Shown here one piece after another: positions 16,288 to 17,481 of a stretch of DNA of 17,481 nt. The stretch lies in assembly GCA_039591655.1 (NCBI GenBank), contig JBDHDE010000053.1, forward strand, positions 1-17,481, in the 5' to 3' direction. Position 1 is the first letter of the stretch. Each line of letters opens with the position of its first letter. The notes below the pieces were generated by a model, which made no database searches, had not been told where the DNA came from, and saw only the letters and a program-made list of their open reading frames with translations. The translations under genes were made by a program, and so were the position numbers. The stretch is from Gemmatimonadota bacterium. Its GTDB lineage: Bacteria > Gemmatimonadota > Gemmatimonadetes > Gemmatimonadales > GWC2-71-9.

Positions 16288-16623
16288 TCAGGCCCCGCCG
16301 ATTACCGCGTCGGCCTCGATCTCCACCAACAACTCGGGCGATATCAAACGACTCACCTCCACCTCCCAATCGTGGATGTTGGTGACGTACATCCGGGTGC
16401 GCACTACGTCCGTCGGACTAGCTCCCAGCGCTGCGAGGGCGGCGGCCACGTTGGCGAGGGCCTGCGCGGTCTGGGCGTGCGGATCGCTCTGCCCCACGAC
16501 CTTCCCCGAGGCATCCAGGCCGGTGGTACCGGACACGAAAACGAACTGACCCACCCGGACCGCCCGAGAGTAGCCCACCACCGAGTCCCACCGGGTTCCG
16601 GCGGGAAAGCGTTGCCGCTCCAT
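16288..16623 (-). CDS. RidA/YjgF family protein with an apparent in-frame internal deletion (possible pseudogene)
   Basis: VGYSRAVRVG, VSGTT, DVVRTRMYVT and LLVEIEADA; only 111 aa, with DWE joined directly to VEVSRL. Confidence 0.85.
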   Translation of the reverse strand: MERQRFPAGTRWDSVVGYSRAVRVGQFVFVSGTTGLDASGKVVGQSDPHAQTAQALANVAAALAALGASPTDVVRTRMYVTNIHDWEVEVSRLISPELLVEIEADAVIGGA

Positions 16624-16692
16624 GAGGTTCTCCTCTCTCCCAATGGGACCGCCGCGTCCGCGGGGATCGCTCAGGGGCGAAGGGCCGAAAGT

Positions 16693-17481
16693 CTAGCTCC
16701 CCTCCGGCGGTCCGGGCTCCTGGGGCGGGGCCGGCCGCGGCGCCGGCTCCGCTCGCCGCACCCATACGATGGACCCCAGGATGATGGCCATCGCCACGAA
16801 GGTGCGCAGGGAAACGTGCTCCGAGAGCACGAGCCATCCCAGGAGCACCGCCACGATGGTGTTCACATACACGTGGGTGCCTACGAACGCGGGGGCCGCG
16901 TGCCTCAGGAGATAGACGTAGCTGGTGTACGCGACGATCGAGCCGAATATGATCAGATAGACGACGGCGCCGATCCCCTCCAGGGAGAGCGTGAACCGGC
17001 CCGCCTCACCGGAGAGGAGGCCGACCGTGGCCAGTACGCCGCCGCCGAACAGCATCTGGAGGGCCGAGAACACGTGGGGGCTGGTCTCCACCGGGTTGCG
17101 CTTGGAGTAGATGGAGCCGAGCGCCCAAGATGCTGCCGCCCCGACCACCGCCAGCGGTCCAACCCAGCCGATCTCGCCCAGGGGTGCGGGGTTGCCGCCC
17201 ACCAGCAGCACGGTGCCAGCGAGGCCCACCAGCAGGGCCACGAACTGTTTCCAGGTGGGTCGCGCCTCGCTCCCGGGTATCACGGCGTCGAAGGTCGCCA
17301 TGAGCAGGGCCCCCGTGACCACCACAATGGCCACGGTTCCCGACTCGACCCACTGCTCCGCCCAGATGACGACGCCGTTGCCGATCCCCAGGAGCATGAT
17401 CCCCACCACGGCGGCGGTCCTCCAGTCCCGGGCGCGGCGCGGCAGTCGCCGTCCCAGGGCGAGGGCCAGCACGAGCAGGAT
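16693..17481 (-). CDS. EamA/DMT family transporter (YedA-like); 5' end outside the window
   Basis: Multiple TM helices; GNG.V.WAEQ.V.SG, SWALGSIYS, IFGSIVAYTSY.YLL and YVNTIVAVLLG; frame open to the right edge. Confidence 0.9.
   Translation of the reverse strand: MLLVLALALGRRLPRRARDWRTAAVVGIMLLGIGNGVVIWAEQWVESGTVAIVVVTGALLMATFDAVIPGSEARPTWKQFVALLVGLAGTVLLVGGNPAPLGEIGWVGPLAVVGAAASWALGSIYSKRNPVETSPHVFSALQMLFGGGVLATVGLLSGEAGRFTLSLEGIGAVVYLIIFGSIVAYTSYVYLLRHAAPAFVGTHVYVNTIVAVLLGWLVLSEHVSLRTFVAMAIILGSIVWVRRAEPAPRPAPPQEPGPPEGS

Overview
High-GC bacterial chromosomal window. The gene set and style suggest Gemmatimonadota or another FCB-related lineage; this is inference, not confirmed. It is mostly housekeeping: a NYN/LabA-OST-HTH protein (partial, absent from the ORF track), an acyl-CoA ligase, YjbQ, a small McrA-like HNH nuclease, an amidohydrolase, class A PBP1A, TyrRS, HIT, a class-V PLP enzyme, a patatin with a C-terminal ferredoxin domain, an MsbA-like ABC exporter, a PorX-like receiver-PglZ protein, an unknown helical ORF coupled to a DnaB C-terminal-only ATPase, a RidA-family gene with an apparent internal deletion, and an EamA transporter (partial). 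No transposase, integrase, CRISPR, tRNA or rRNA was seen. The best leads are: (1) a strongly structured + strand RNA candidate with 6S-like architecture (~3676-3907), divergent from the HNH gene, which is itself followed by a 39-bp tandem repeat; (2) the patatin-[4Fe-4S] ferredoxin fusion; (3) the two-gene truncated or split DnaB module; (4) an apparently leaderless PorX-like gene coupled to an MsbA-like exporter. All RNA folds were done by hand.
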